Positions 50,901 through 63,966 of a stretch of 64,000 nt of DNA are shown piece by piece. Location of the stretch: positions 104,408,001 through 104,472,000 of the forward strand of contig NC_043005.1 in assembly GCF_006345805.1 (NCBI RefSeq). The letters run 5' to 3'. The notes beneath the pieces were generated by a model. It saw only the letters and a list, made by a program, of their open reading frames with translations. It ran no database searches and was not told the origin of the DNA. The position numbers and the translations under genes were made by a program. Every line of letters begins with the position of its first letter. Within the stretch, counting starts at the first letter, position 1. This stretch comes from Octopus sinensis (Eukaryota).

Positions 50901-51066
50901 TTACTGGGGAAGGCCGGTTTATGGGATTACCCTGGTTTCCCATCCATAGAGGGTTTAACTTTATGGTGTATCGTCAGATCCCAAAAGCCTGTTGGCCTAA
51001 GACCTCTTCGAAATATGGAGGGGAAAAGGCCTCGTTACTAGGGTATTATCTCCCTTTGCCATTGGC
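50901..51066 (+). repeat. Left arm of imperfect inverted repeat bracketing the PLE RT
   Basis: Roughly 85-90% identical by eye to the reverse complement of 53383-53558, including a perfect cctgttggcctaagacctcttcgaaatatggaggggaa stretch. Confidence 0.93.
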
Positions 51067-51189
51067 CATCGCCTATCGACTACCGGCTGAGCCACCATCT
51101 TGCGGTCTCTAAAAAGCTACGAAGGTATACAAAATGGGATTATCTCCCTTTGCTATTGGCTATCGACTTCGGTTGTGCCGCCGTCCGAA

Positions 51190-52630
51190 AATTTTCGTAA
51201 GTCCTCTTCCTCCTTCTAACGTAAACTCCGGGCCGATATTAGATTATTAAATAACTTAGATTGGTCTCTAACCTTCTATGATAAGACGAAGAATTTATAC
51301 AGGTTAGACACCTTAGAAATCGATAGACTACTAGAAAATAACATCACAAAAAGTATACATATAGCGACATCAACAGTGAAGCCAAAAGCTTTGCTAATGA
51401 ACTGGAGATAGCTGAGAGGGCAGAGATCCTAGCTAAAAGAAACGTTTTCATCACCGTAACAGATCATAAACCGAACTTTGCCTCTAACCCCGAGCAATCC
51501 GGCCAAATTCGAAATCGGCGAGTAAACACATACTGAGAGACATCAATAACACCATAAAGAGGGCCACCAACCTTTCCTTGTGGCGCAGTACCAGCGAAGT
51601 GACCGCATGGTTTAACATCAGCAAGGGAAGAGGCAGAGCAAAGTTCACCCAATTTGATATAGTCGAATTTTACCCGTCTATATCAAAAGGGCTACTGACC
51701 AAAGCGCTTTCTTTCGCTAGGGGCTTCACTAGCATGCATCAGCAGCAGAAATACAGAAATTATTATGCATGCCAGAAAGACAGTGCTGTTCAACAAATGT
51801 TCGGCATGGGTCAAGCAATCCGATCCCAAGGGCTCCTTTGACGTAGCGATGGGCGCCTACGACAGCGCTGACGTATGCAACATCATAGGGTTGTATATTA
51901 TAGATACCCTTAGGAAAAAGTTCCTCTCTGTCCTCTTTGGCCTCTGCAGAGATGATGCCCTGGCTATCTCCAATGGGAGCAAGCGGCCATACACTAGATA
52001 GGACCAGGAAAAACTTAATCAGCACGCTTGCTTCCATGGGACTGAAGATCACCATAGAGACTAACCTATTAACAGCGGACTACTTCGACGTCACGCTCGA
52101 CTTGGGCCCCGATATTTACAGGCCTTACCGCAAACCAAACGTGATATATGTACGCCAACACAGCCTCCTGACACCCACCCATCGTGTTCAAGAACCTGGT
52201 AAAGGGTGTTAGTAAGAGGATTTTCAACCTTTCCTCTAACCAAGAAGCCTTTGACGCAGCGACCCCGTACTATGATGAGGCCCTAGCTGCCAGCGGGTTT
52301 AGGGACCGCATCTCCTATATGCCAGAACCCAACAGTCACAGAAGGAAGTGTCGCAGAAATACAATTTGGTTTCCCCCCCCCTTCTCCCTTAACACAATAA
52401 CGCCCATAGGTAGACTATTCCTTAAATCAATAGATGAGCACTTCCCTAGCTACCATAGGTACTGGCCTATTTTCAACAGGCACAACGTTAGGATCTCGTT
52501 TAGCTGTGCCCCCAATATTAAAAGCATCCTAGTTAGCGCCCCTAAGCTAAAGGAAGAAGCAGATTGTTCATGTAAGAACCGCAGCAGTTGCCTTGTAGGA
52601 GGTCGTTGCGAAACCAAGCCGAAGTACTAG
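51190..52630 (+). pseudogene. Penelope-like (probably Naiad-type) reverse transcriptase pseudogene, truncated at the start of GIY-YIG
   Basis: DKTKNLYRLD, FITVTDHKPNF, FTQFDIVEFYPSIS, FDVAMGAYDSADVC..GLYI, GLCRDDAL (YRDD now CRDD), DYFDVTLDL..YRPYRKPN, WFPPPFSLN, FNRHNVRISFSCAPN and CSCKNRSSCLVGGRC (CxCx5Cx5C). Several frameshifts. Confidence 0.95.
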
Positions 52631-53382
52631 CGAACCCTACCAATACCACCGACAGAAGCAATAGCAGCCGTAGACACAAGAACAGAGTCAACAACACCGC
52701 CACCGCCATCGCAGTGGACAGCATTAGCAACGTCAACAATACCAGCACTGTCAACACTCCCGACAGTACCATCACTAACATCAACAACAGCAACATCACC
52801 ATCAACACCAGCCTTACTAGTAGCTTTCCTGACGTCCACAGTAGCAGACCTATCAACGTGCACGCTAGCAGACCTGACAGCCCCTATAGTAACAGCAGAA
52901 ACAGGTCCAGTGGCATCACCAGCTGTAACGGTAGCAACGCCAACGACAGCGGCAGCGGCCCCAGCAGAAGCAGTAGCATAAACACGGCTGAGGGCACCTC
53001 TAGCAGCAGCGGCAACTCCCCCACCATCGGTGATGACCGCAATAATAATAGTAATAACAATAATAATAACTACAACATTAATGACAACAGCGCCTTCTCC
53101 ATAACCGGCAGCGACGATAGCGTTACCAATGCCAACCCCTCCACCCCCGCCCCACCATCGCCAACACCAACACCAGCAGCCCCGACTCCAACAACAGCAA
53201 CAGCAACATCAGCAGCAACAGTAACAACAATAGGTGCAGCATCGGCAACACACGCAGAGGCGATAACAATACCGACGCCGCTACCACCTCCAGGGGCACC
53301 AACACCAGCAGCCTCAGCTCCAGCATCAACAGCAGCAACAACAACAGCTGCAACAGTAACAGGTGCAGCACCGACATCACGC
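52630..53382. repeat. Cryptic trinucleotide (AAC/AGC/ACC-derived) low-complexity tract
   Basis: Strongly T-poor + strand with 3-nt periodicity; contains stop-free frame 52588-53403. Confidence 0.85.
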
Positions 53383-53558
53383 GCCAATGGCGAAGGGAGA
53401 TAATCTCCTTGTTTACATTCGCAACGATGCCCTTCCCCTCCATATTTCGAAGAGGTCTTAGGCCAACAGGTTTTTGGGGTCTGACGATATGCCATAAAGT
53501 TAAACTCTTTATGGACGGGAAACCCACGGTAATCCCAGAAACCGACCTTCCACAGTAA
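53383..53558 (-). repeat. Right arm of imperfect inverted repeat bracketing the PLE RT
   Basis: Reverse complement aligns with 50901-51066 with one short indel. Confidence 0.93.
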
Positions 53559-53700
53559 AAAGAAAAAAAATATTACTCTACATCTTAGAGTGTGCTTCTC
53601 CGGATATATGTTTTCTACGCACACACATTTCTTTGAAGATTTTAATTGTTTATAAGTGAAGGAAATGTATAGCAAGACAATTTGTGTGGTATGTGTCGTG

Positions 53701-53879
53701 GTTAGTTAGTTAGTTAATTTTTTGGCTCAAAAAGCAAAAAGCAAGGCCATGTAGGGGGACATGGAGTTATGTACAGTGTGGTGTTCATGTAAAGAGTTCA
53801 GGCCACTTGAGGTCAAGGGAGACTTTGAACAAAGCGGTCGTCGGCATCTTCACCATCTCGTCTGGCAGCTTGTTCCACG
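53701..53879 (-). mobile_element. CR1/L2-type LINE 3' end, severely 5'-truncated
   Basis: WNKLPDEMVKMPTTALFKVSLDLKWPELFT*, a short 3' UTR and a (TAAC)n tail. Confidence 0.8.
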
Positions 53880-55264
53880 TGTCATTGCAGTGTTAAATGA
53901 ATCTCTTGATGGATGTTTAGAAACGTAAAGTCTGATAGAAAGTGTGGAATTTTAAGGCGGTCACGTATACTATCAAATATGTACGACTGATTAGTTATAG
54001 GAGAAGGCAAACCTGTTAGTACTCGCTCCAGTGATGCAGCAGCGGGAATTCTCATCCAAAAGATAAGAGACAGATATACAGACAACTCGGACATGAAGTT
54101 CTTCAAGGTACAGTCAAAAGGTCTGCTGATGTCAAAGACTTTCATGGACGATGTACCAGAGTTTAGAATATGCACTCTTATTGAGGCTCGGAGTCAGACA
54201 ATATTTTAACACATCGTTTTATCATATAAATGAGATACGCTGAATTAGCATGTTTGAACCACAGAAAAAAAAAATAAAAAGCTGAAATCACTCAATGAAA
54301 CAGTCGCCACTTTCACAGTGCTACTGCTGTTTGATAACATAGTACCTACTTACAAGGTAGCCTGCGTTATTGAAACCATGACACATGGTTATTGATACAA
54401 CGCGCCATCGGTGACAGGACGCAAACCACTGACCTTTTGTTGGCTCAATCCATTATCAACTTGACAACCTACTTAAATAACATTTATAATATAAAATTAA
54501 ATAAATAAATAAAATCTCATCCAAGGTGAAAAATTCAATGTATCCACTTTCTTGCAACATAGAAATTCCAACACATAAACAGCAGTTGGTCGAGTATAGT
54601 TGTTGTTGTTGTTGTTGTAGTTGTAGGTGCTACTGCTTTTGCTGCTATTGCTGTTATTTAAAGGAGTTTGATTTCAATTATATGTTCAAAGCCATTTCAG
54701 TGGTGACTATCGCGTCTTTTTAAGAGTAAGTAGAACCATACTATTTAATGCGACACTTCTTGGTCAAAGACAGTAAGGCAAAATGAAAGTATGATTTGGT
54801 TGCTATTTTCAGTATGTCGAGCGACCGTATAAATTCTTCTTCATTGGCCCGGGGTATGACATGGTATGTTGAGGCAACAGAAACTGCTAATAGGAAAGCG
54901 ATCATCATATGTATATGTACAAGAAATTGTTTTCATTGACTTCTAAATGGCTATAGATAATATGCTAGAGATATGACTGCGAAAAAACGATGACAAAGAA
55001 TATTTTCTTCAGGTGAATATATTTTCATATGACACATGGAGAAATTGTCAACAGTGCTGATGCATTGAGTTGATTTAACATGACTATATTTTTTGCTTTT
55101 ATTTTGCGTGTGTGCGTGTGTGTGTGCCTGCGTGTGTGTGTGTGGTGTGTGTGTATGTATGTATGTATGTATGTATGCATGTATGTATGTATGTATGTAT
55201 GTATGTATGTGTGCATGTATGCATGCAAGTATGTATGTATGCATGTATATTTTCAACGTCAGTA

Positions 55265-55420
55265 GGGTTAAGCAACTTAACATTCTGAGTTCACATTCCG
55301 CTATGGTCGACTTTGCTTTTCAGCCTCACGCGGTCAATAGAATAATGACTATTCGAGAATTGTATTCGATGTTATCGACTTGCCCAACTCTACCAAAATT
55401 TCAGGCCTTCTACTTAGAGA
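55265..55420 (+). mobile_element. Decayed SINE family C
   Basis: ttctgagttcacattccgctatggtcgactttgcttttcagcctcacgcggtcaatagaataa matches the family C core. Confidence 0.6.
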
Positions 55421-56067
55421 GGACAGAAAAAATTTGTCTGGGCGAGAAGGCAACTTAGAACGTTTTTACTTTCGTATTTGTCTTCAGAAGAATAAATTAA
55501 GTATACTGACTCCAGTAATATACTAACTTTAGATATATATTGGGTCTTCCATATTGATAATAAGTGTTGCAGCTGTCCGATCCATGAAGCTCCCCTTCTC
55601 ATTGATTTAAAGTGGAAGTGTTTCAGTTTTCCACAGACTCATGATCCTATGACGTAGTCTTTAGACAACAAGCGTAACAGATGCTCGGCTCCTATAAATA
55701 GTCCTTTTTGAATTGTAGATGAATTCCATCTCGTCTACTTACATAGTTTCCGTCTCCCTAATTTCACTCATAGGATTTAGCTCCATCATAAGGTATAGTA
55801 AAATCACATACACAAGAATTCACGCAAATCGAAGACGGGATCTCATGATTGCATGCCTGCTTCTACTAAATACAAGGCTACCATGATAGAGTTAAATCAT
55901 GAACCTAAAATTTTACGGTAATCACCTCTATGGTAGAACCTGACACACTTATTGTTTCTTTTTTTTTTTTTTGCAATATGTTTGTAACAACTGGTAGATG
56001 AAGTTGTGAAGTGCTCATGGAGCTTTCAAGAGCACTAGCAGTAATGTAATAATAATGCTTATACCAT

Positions 56068-56104
<37 letters not shown>

Positions 56105-56327
56105 AAACACACATACACAAGCACACACACACATACATACACACACGCATAAATATATGAATAGATACATACATACATTCATGAATACATACATGCACAC
56201 ACGGCTACCTTTTTATATTATGGTAATTTCAATTAAAGAGCCTTGTGTCTCGGTTAGATAACAGCTTTTTCACTATTGATGAGAAATTGAAATATATATA
56301 ATCAGAATATACCAACATATATACGTA

Positions 56328-57166
56328 CAAGGTGCATTTTAGACGTTTTGAGACTTTTTCAGTGGAGACATTAATATCAAAGAAGCAAAAAACTCTAATC
56401 TCCTCTGACTTAAGCGCACCTGTTGTAGCGCTCTGGCCACTTCTTGTAGGTACCACAGAAGTCCTCCAAAGTGAAGGTATCTAGGACCCTTGTCACAATC
56501 ACCTTCATCTCATTTTGAGAACAACCAAACGTCACAGGAATTCAGATCTGGACCGTAGGGAGGATGAAGGAGAGTTTTGCCGACTGTCTCTGTCAAGTAG
56601 TTGGCTACCAGGATGGAATTGTGGACGGGTATATTAATCTGGTGCTCTTCTGCGAAGAAATCTCTTCATGAACACCCTCAAAACCGCCAAAAAGTAATCT
56701 TTCTTGACCTTCTGACCAGAGGGACTCCAGTAGATGTAAATGATGTCCTTGCTGTCGGAAAAGGTGATCATCATGAGTTTCCCGGTGGACTTGCTTTGCC
56801 TGGCCTTTTGTGCACGTGAAAAACATGCTCAGCTCGTATGAATAAGTTAAACAATAAGTAGTCTGGAGCATTTCGTACGTTTCTGTAGCGTTTTTGCCTA
56901 ATTTGACACAGAAGTTTATTGCATAGCGAGCTTCCAGATTGTCTTCACATCCCGATTGCATTCTGCTAATTAATCCGTTGTGACAAACAGTGTTTAGTAG
57001 GATGTGTTTAAGATGATGTTACCGCTGTCTCCTTCAATCTTGAATAACAAAAATGAGCAGATCGACTTATTAGATATAAAGTAATGATATTTTAAAATTA
57101 CAATAATATAGAACAGTTATAACTCTCTCTCCTAAGAAAGTATCAATCCTTCTGGAATGTAACTAG
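56328..57166 (-). mobile_element. Internally deleted mariner element
   Basis: EARYAINFCVKLGKNATETYEMLQTTY, then a jump to SKSTGKLMMITFSDSKDIIYI..PSGQ, then EMKVIVTRVLDTFTLEDF...ERYNRC. TA on both sides; TIRs match 22/31. Confidence 0.9.
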
Positions 57167-57822
57167 TATATACATATAAACGTGTATAAAATGTGTGTGT
57201 GTGTGTATGACTAAGTGAAGTTTTGAATGTTTAGCAGGGAAAAGATCATCTAATTAGTACATCATCTCTATCCATATTCATAACAAATTAATTCATAATT
57301 CATTATTCATTATACCGAATCTTTGGAATAATATTAAATACAATGCATGGTATAATTTTTTTATAAGCATACAATTTTAACCTCGCTGTGTAAAACAACA
57401 TTTACATCATTTTCTGTGAGCAGAATAAGCAGGACCGATCTGATTAGTCCCCTGTCCATCTTAGAGTTTCCTCAGAGAAGGCGTTCTCACTTTCAGTCCA
57501 CGAGTTTTAGGCCTGCATACTCGTATGTATGTATGTATGTATGTATGTATGTATGTATGTATGTATGTATGTATGTATGTATGTATGTATGAATGTATGT
57601 ATGTAAGTAAGTATGTATGTATGTATGTATTATGTATGTATGTATATAAATGTGTGTGTGTGTGTTCGTGCATATATTTATATATATGTAACACATATAC
57701 ACAAATACATACACACATACACACAAACATATATATGGATATAGACATATATATATATATGTATATATATATATGGATACATACATGCATACACATATAA
57801 ACACACACAACACACAAACATT

Positions 57823-57856
<34 letters not shown>

Positions 57857-58266
57857 ATGTAAGGTTCTATATTTTATCAGGATCTTTTAAAATAAAAGAA
57901 GAAAAAGGGAATAATAATCAAAAGAAAACTTTCTCAGTGACTGATTTTTTCACAGTGATGGTGTTTAATTGGTGAAATGTCTTGACAAATAGAGCGTGTC
58001 CCAGAGTTGGACAATCCTTTGTATTTGCAACACTTCAGTAAATCTCCTTCATTGATCACACGCTCTTTTCTTTGCTCTTATTTCTCTCTTTCTCTTTCTA
58101 TCTCACTCTCTTAGTTTATATCTATATAAAGTATGTTCTCGGACTACGCACACACATATACACACACACACAGACACACACACACACATACACACACACA
58201 GAGAAAGAAATGATTATTGTTGTTATTTCTGCCCCGATAATTTTTTCCCCAACCATTTGAAACTTT

Positions 58267-58322
<56 letters not shown>

Positions 58323-58453
58323 AGTTAAAATCTATAAATGTGTACCTGTTAGTAATTGTGTTTAACTATAGAGATACATTTGATACATACACATGTACGT
58401 GATGTATGTATGCATGCATATATACATACATACACACACATACATACATACAT

Positions 58454-58527
<74 letters not shown>

Positions 58528-58766
58528 CATACAGACATACACACATAAATACATACATACTATGCACACACATATATATATATGCATATGTATATACATA
58601 CATACAAGCATATATATACTCATAACTTTGTATGTGTGGGTCTATATGCATGTATGTATGGGAAAAAAACGATCTATATCTAAAAGTAAAGTAAGAGGAA
58701 AAAAGGAGATTTAAGAAGTAGAAACACGTAAAAATAAGTTGATTGTGTTAGGGAAGTACATAGATG

Positions 58767-58823
<57 letters not shown>

Positions 58824-58841
58824 ATACTTAGACAGATAGAC

Positions 58842-58912
<71 letters not shown>
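58767..58912. repeat. (GATA)n microsatellite
   Basis: Direct reading; flanked by degenerate GACA/GATA repeats to ~59130. Confidence 0.97.
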
Positions 58913-59320
58913 GAGCAACAGATATAAATAGATAGATATGCAAGAATTAAAACAAGCGGTTTAACAAATAGCTATTACTCTAGATAAATTGATTACTAGA
59001 TAGACAAACGGATAAACTAATAGACAGGTAGACAAACAGATAAGAGGACAGACAGACAGACAAGCAGACAAACAGATGCATAAAGAGATAGGTAGACAAA
59101 CAGACAGAAACATAGACAGATTGATAAATGTGTCTCTAGACATGTTAGTAGTTAGTTAAATGTAAAAATATAATGAAGATAGCTAGCTAGTTAGACAGAT
59201 AGATATTAAAGAGATTGCTATTTGTTTAGCAGAAATCCAATGATATTGTTCGAAATAGTGACGCATGCTCAAGCGAAATGACAAAATGTTTAGACGCTAA
59301 AATAACTAGACATCAACATA

Positions 59321-59733
59321 GGCGCAGGAGTGGCTGTGTGGTAAGTAGCTTGCTAACCAACCACATGGTTCCGGGTTCAGTCCTTGGGCAAGTGTCTTCT
59401 GCTATAGCCCCGGGCCGACCAATGCCTTGTGAGTGGATTTGGTAGACGGAAACTAAAAGAAGCCTGTCGTATATATGTATATATTTATATATGTATATAT
59501 ATGTGTGTGTGTGTGTGTGTGTTTGTGTGTCTGTGTTTGTCCCCCTAGCATTGCTTGACAACCGATGCTGGTGTGATTATGCCCCCGTCACTTAGCGGTT
59601 CGGCAAAAGAGACCGATAGAATAAGTACTGGGCTTACAAAGAATAAGTCCCGGGGTCGATTTGCTCGACTAAAGGTGGTGCTCCAGCATGGCCGCAGTCA
59701 AATGACTGAAACAAGTAAAAGAGTAAAAGAGTA
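59321..59733 (+). mobile_element. Full-length SINE family D
   Basis: ggcgcaggagtggctgtgtggtaag head, B-box-like gggttcagtcc, CORE-like cttgggcaagtgtctt, internal (TA)/(TG)n and (AGTAAAAG)n tail. Confidence 0.95.
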
Positions 59734-60403
59734 TACCCGGATATCAATGTTATCGGGCTCTAAGATGAACATTCCCCACATTCACTAGAAAAACGAGAAA
59801 CCGAAATAACTAAAATGTCTAGATACTAAAATGGCCCTGCTATTCAACTTAGCAACATTTCATTTAGAGAATTTAAAACTCATGAGGTATTCACTTGGTC
59901 ATAAATGTACCAGAGGGCAAGAAAAAAAAAATACTCAACCGGGGCACAATTTTTTTCAACGGTGGTGCCCCAGCATGGCCGCAGCTTTTGGGCTGAAACA
60001 TTTTAAAGGAATTTAAGGAATACTGTATGTTACCAAGTGTATCTAATTGTACGATGCAGTGATCCAAGGGGAAAACCTCAACATACCAGCGTACAAAAAG
60101 CGGGACGAAGAGTTGGTCCACGCAGCGTGGATCTTTTAGGACGACTCTTTTGATATGGTGTTGGTATGTAGGAGTTAAGTCAGTAACCGGTACGGATGGC
60201 ATAAGTTCCTGTTACACCACTACCTGTATATGATCACTCAGTCTGTCAAAAATAGCTACCAAATCTCTTTCAAGTCTCACAGAGATCTCTTAAAAAGGAT
60301 AACATGGTCATGGCTGTTTTATCTTTGATCATAGTTCTACTTGATTAGCTTACTCGGGGTTAAACAACAACAGCAACAAAGGAGCAGCACAGAAGCAGCA
60401 GCA

Positions 60404-60435
<32 letters not shown>

Positions 60436-60936
60436 AACAATATGCATTGTAAAAAATTATACAGTACTACTGACAGAAACGCAGACGTTAGTATTCCCTG
60501 CAATATCTTCACAGCTGTTGCTTAACAAGAGAAGAAATACTAAAATTAATATGGGAGGTGAGATTTTTACCATATCATTATAAAGTACAACCAAGAGAGT
60601 TTTTTTTATATATTCCAATGAACTGATGCACTACAGAGAGAGAATTGAGCATAGTGATTGTGCGGGCCACTGTGGTTAAGCACAACTAGGGTGATTATGA
60701 GAACTGGAGAGACGAGTGGGTCATCCGTGCCTGTTGGTGGGGGTACAACACTAGCCAAATTCCAGAACCAAATGGTACTATAGTAACGAAAGGAAAGACA
60801 GAGAGACTAAACACTACGCCTGTGGTCCAGAGGTTACTGAGTGTAGCCAGTCAGTCGAGTGACACTTCCCGATATGCGGCCCAAAGCCCGTCCGAGTAGC
60901 TGTGCTGTCAGAACAGTTCTAATCGTAGCCCTTACT

Positions 60937-63450
60937 CAGTGGCGTACCTAGCACAAGTGCTGCATGGGGAAGATGTTTATTTGGCCGCCCCTTAAAGTTC
61001 TAATAACACTTCAGAACGCCCAAAATGGAATGGTACAGGTAAATGTGTATGCAAAATAAGAAGTCAAACTGTAGCAAATTTCCCTGAAATTTACTTTTAT
61101 TATATTTATACACAAAAATAATTGGAATATATTAAAGAACAGAATTACAAAAATAGACGATTTACAACTAGATTTTACGTGCCTTCCTCTTCTCGAAATC
61201 TTGAATGACTTCATCAAAATTAATTTTATCCGCAAGGACACGCTCTACGGATAGTTCTGCTAAATCAGTCAACCTTGTTTGACTTATTCTGCACATGAGG
61301 TGTGAAAGGGAATGCTCGTAGTTAGCAACACTAATGGCACGACTTAGGAAGACTCATGAAGGTATTAAAATATTTGGCAATGAATCAATAAGATTATATT
61401 TCTAAATAAACTGAAGAATTTGTAAAGGCCCTTCCATGTCTTAAGCGTCAGTAGCCGTCAAATTGCCCTTTCAACCAGAAAGTCTTATCTTTTAATATTC
61501 TCATCAAAAGCATCTACATCCCAATTACACTCTTTATCTAACAAATTGGACGGTGTGAGAGAGGTGTATTTCTTCGCAATATCGTGAAGCCTTTTGAATC
61601 TAGAGGTTATTTCTTCAACCAGTCTATCTATCATTGACAACATTTCTCTTCTTAGCTCAGCGTCGCAGCTGAGAGTAGCATTGATACTTTCTTCATAGCT
61701 CATTCTTTTCTTTTTGCGAATTCGACGCTCTATACTGATTCCCATATCAGAGCAAATTTCGGTTGAATAGGCCAACACATTATCTACTGTCTTGTCTCTG
61801 CTTACAAGTAGAGAAGTTTCCAAGGCTAATGGTTTAATGGCAAAGTGTTGCAACTCCAGACCTATCGTTTGGAGGTACTTTTGAGTGTCATTAATTTCTG
61901 GAAGTATATCTCTCCAAGGGCTAAGAAATGACATGAAAGAACATGATAGCATCGCCTGAAGAATTAAGCCTGCATCAGATCTCGTAGTTGCGTTTTCTGC
62001 ATCTTCCAGCAACCATTCTAGCGCAGCGATGATTTCCGTGAATTTTATTTCTACAACTCTCACTGCATCTGCTCGACTATTCCATCTCGTTTCCCCATCC
62101 CATTTGATAGTTGCACCAGTTATCTCAATCAAGATGTCTAATCGATGAGTTGAGGCTGAGAAGAATGAAAATATACGGTCCAATGTGCCAAAACAAAGTA
62201 ACTGAATCTACACTCACTGAAGCTGCATGCACAGCTGCTAAATTCAAAGAGTGATTGGTGCATGGCACAAATACAATCTTTGGATTGACTTCTGTGATGC
62301 GCGCTTGAACCCCGGATCGATCCCCTGCCATTACTGACGCGTTATCAAATTCTTGTCCACGACAGTCTTGAATGTTAATATCGTCCATTTCTAATCGTTT
62401 CAGAATCATTGATGTAATATGTTCAGCATTTTTGCCTTTCATCTCAATAAAATGAAGAAAGGATTCTTCTACTGTTACTTCCTTTTCGTCTATTTTAACA
62501 TAACGTTGCACCTCAATGTGACCCAACAATATCAGTATGAGAAATGTTTGGAGTACTATAAAAAATAATGCAATATTATTTACTCCCTTTCACTTCATCG
62601 ATAGCTTATTTTCTCACTTGATCTCCCAGGGCGTTCACAATTTCGTTCTAAACTTTTGGTAAGAGATAGAAAGTTGTAAACTTAACAATTTTTACTTGCA
62701 CCAAATATTCACGTAGCACAGGGTCGAATTTTCCAATCAGTTGAACAAGCTCCAGAAAATTTCTTTTATTTTCATTTGTCTTCTCAACTCGTATGGCTAG
62801 GTTTTGCTTAGCAAGAAACATAATTAAGTCCAAGAATCTTGTCAGGATTTGCTTCCATTTCTTTGTTTCATTTTCAACAAAAGTTTGTTGTTCTTTTTCT
62901 ATTAACTTTCCTTTGGGAAGACGGATTTCTAGCTCTTTCCACTGAGTGAACGCATTCTAATGCACAGCGCTTCATTCATGTTCTTGTATCTTAGGATTCA
63001 ACCTCCACCAAGATTTGAAACCATCAACTGAGCAAAACTTTGAGTTTTCATGGGAAAATAGATTACAAAAAAAAACAAAAAAAAAACACGGCCACTTTCG
63101 ATGGAGAGTATATCATCCAAGTTCCCGTTTTGTATATCATCTAAGTTCCGTGTGAGGGAATTCGTAGTCAGGCTGGACTGTTGATCGTGTAGAAAAAGTT
63201 GACATATTGTTTGGTGGTGTGTAGAAGCAGCCGTTGGTCGTGTGGTGTTCATACAGCAACGATGCAGGCAGGTGTCTAATGGAGATGGAAGCGGAGATTG
63301 GCTGGTGTCAGATACATCGTTGTCAGAGACGAGTTGCGTGTGGTCAGTGGCGTGTGTCAAAGACATAGAACAGTCCAGAACTGTCGTTCTTATAGAGATC
63401 AGGAGGCTCCCAGAGCTGGCGATTAATTTCTGCGTAAGGAAAAACGAACT
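60937..63450 (-). mobile_element. Decayed hAT transposon (DUF4371/ZMYM1-like transposase); only the 3' TIR found
   Basis: TIR cagtggcgta at 60937. Fragments ESGRVF..C.LF, WKQILTRFLDLIMFLAKQNLAIR, NFLELVQLIGKFDPVL, CRGQEFDNASVMAG, VPCTNHSLNL, ETRWNSR and C-terminal SQTRLTDLAELSVER...INFDEVIQDF. Confidence 0.92.
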
Positions 63451-63966
63451 GTTGCGCCAACACGATTGGACGGCTGGAAACCGACCAGTACGAACAACAA
63501 GTTCAGCTAATCACAAGGTCATGTGACCTGCAGGAATGAAAAGGTATATGGAACAGGTATCCAGGTATTTAAGCCTAAACAGCCGCGACGAAAACATCTC
63601 ACACATAATGACAGTGTAAATCACTTTTGCTACAACGTCAATTAATACGTTATTACGGCACCATATAAAGGGAAGACATATGTGGTATAGAATATATCAA
63701 GGAAATAAACATTATGAGGATGTATTAAAAAAAAAAAGAAAAAAACTAGAGAGTATTCGAACCCTCTGCTGCTCTACTTTAAAATCGAAATGTCTTTATT
63801 ACAGGTGTAAAATGTTTACAGATATCAAATTAAATCAAACATTCAATAAGATTTGCAATGTATTCTAGAGTTGGACACACACATTCGCACGCGCGCACAC
63901 ACGTATTCCTGCGTATGTATTTCTTTATTTCAAATGTTTGTATATGTATGTGTGTGCGCGTGAGCG

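Noticed and set aside
52560-52615. Possible selenocysteine (TGA) codons in the PLE Cys linker
   Set aside because: All four Cys codons are TGT/TGC; no in-frame TGA at these positions.
59891-60202. 103-aa ORF and complex sequence between SINE tails
   Set aside because: Partly antisense SINE sequence; no recognisable protein in any frame.
63345-63663. Candidate second hAT TIRs (cagtggcgtg at 63345; tacggcacca at 63654)
   Set aside because: The first is in the same orientation as the 60937 TIR; the second matches only 7/10 and lacks the cccttact TSD.
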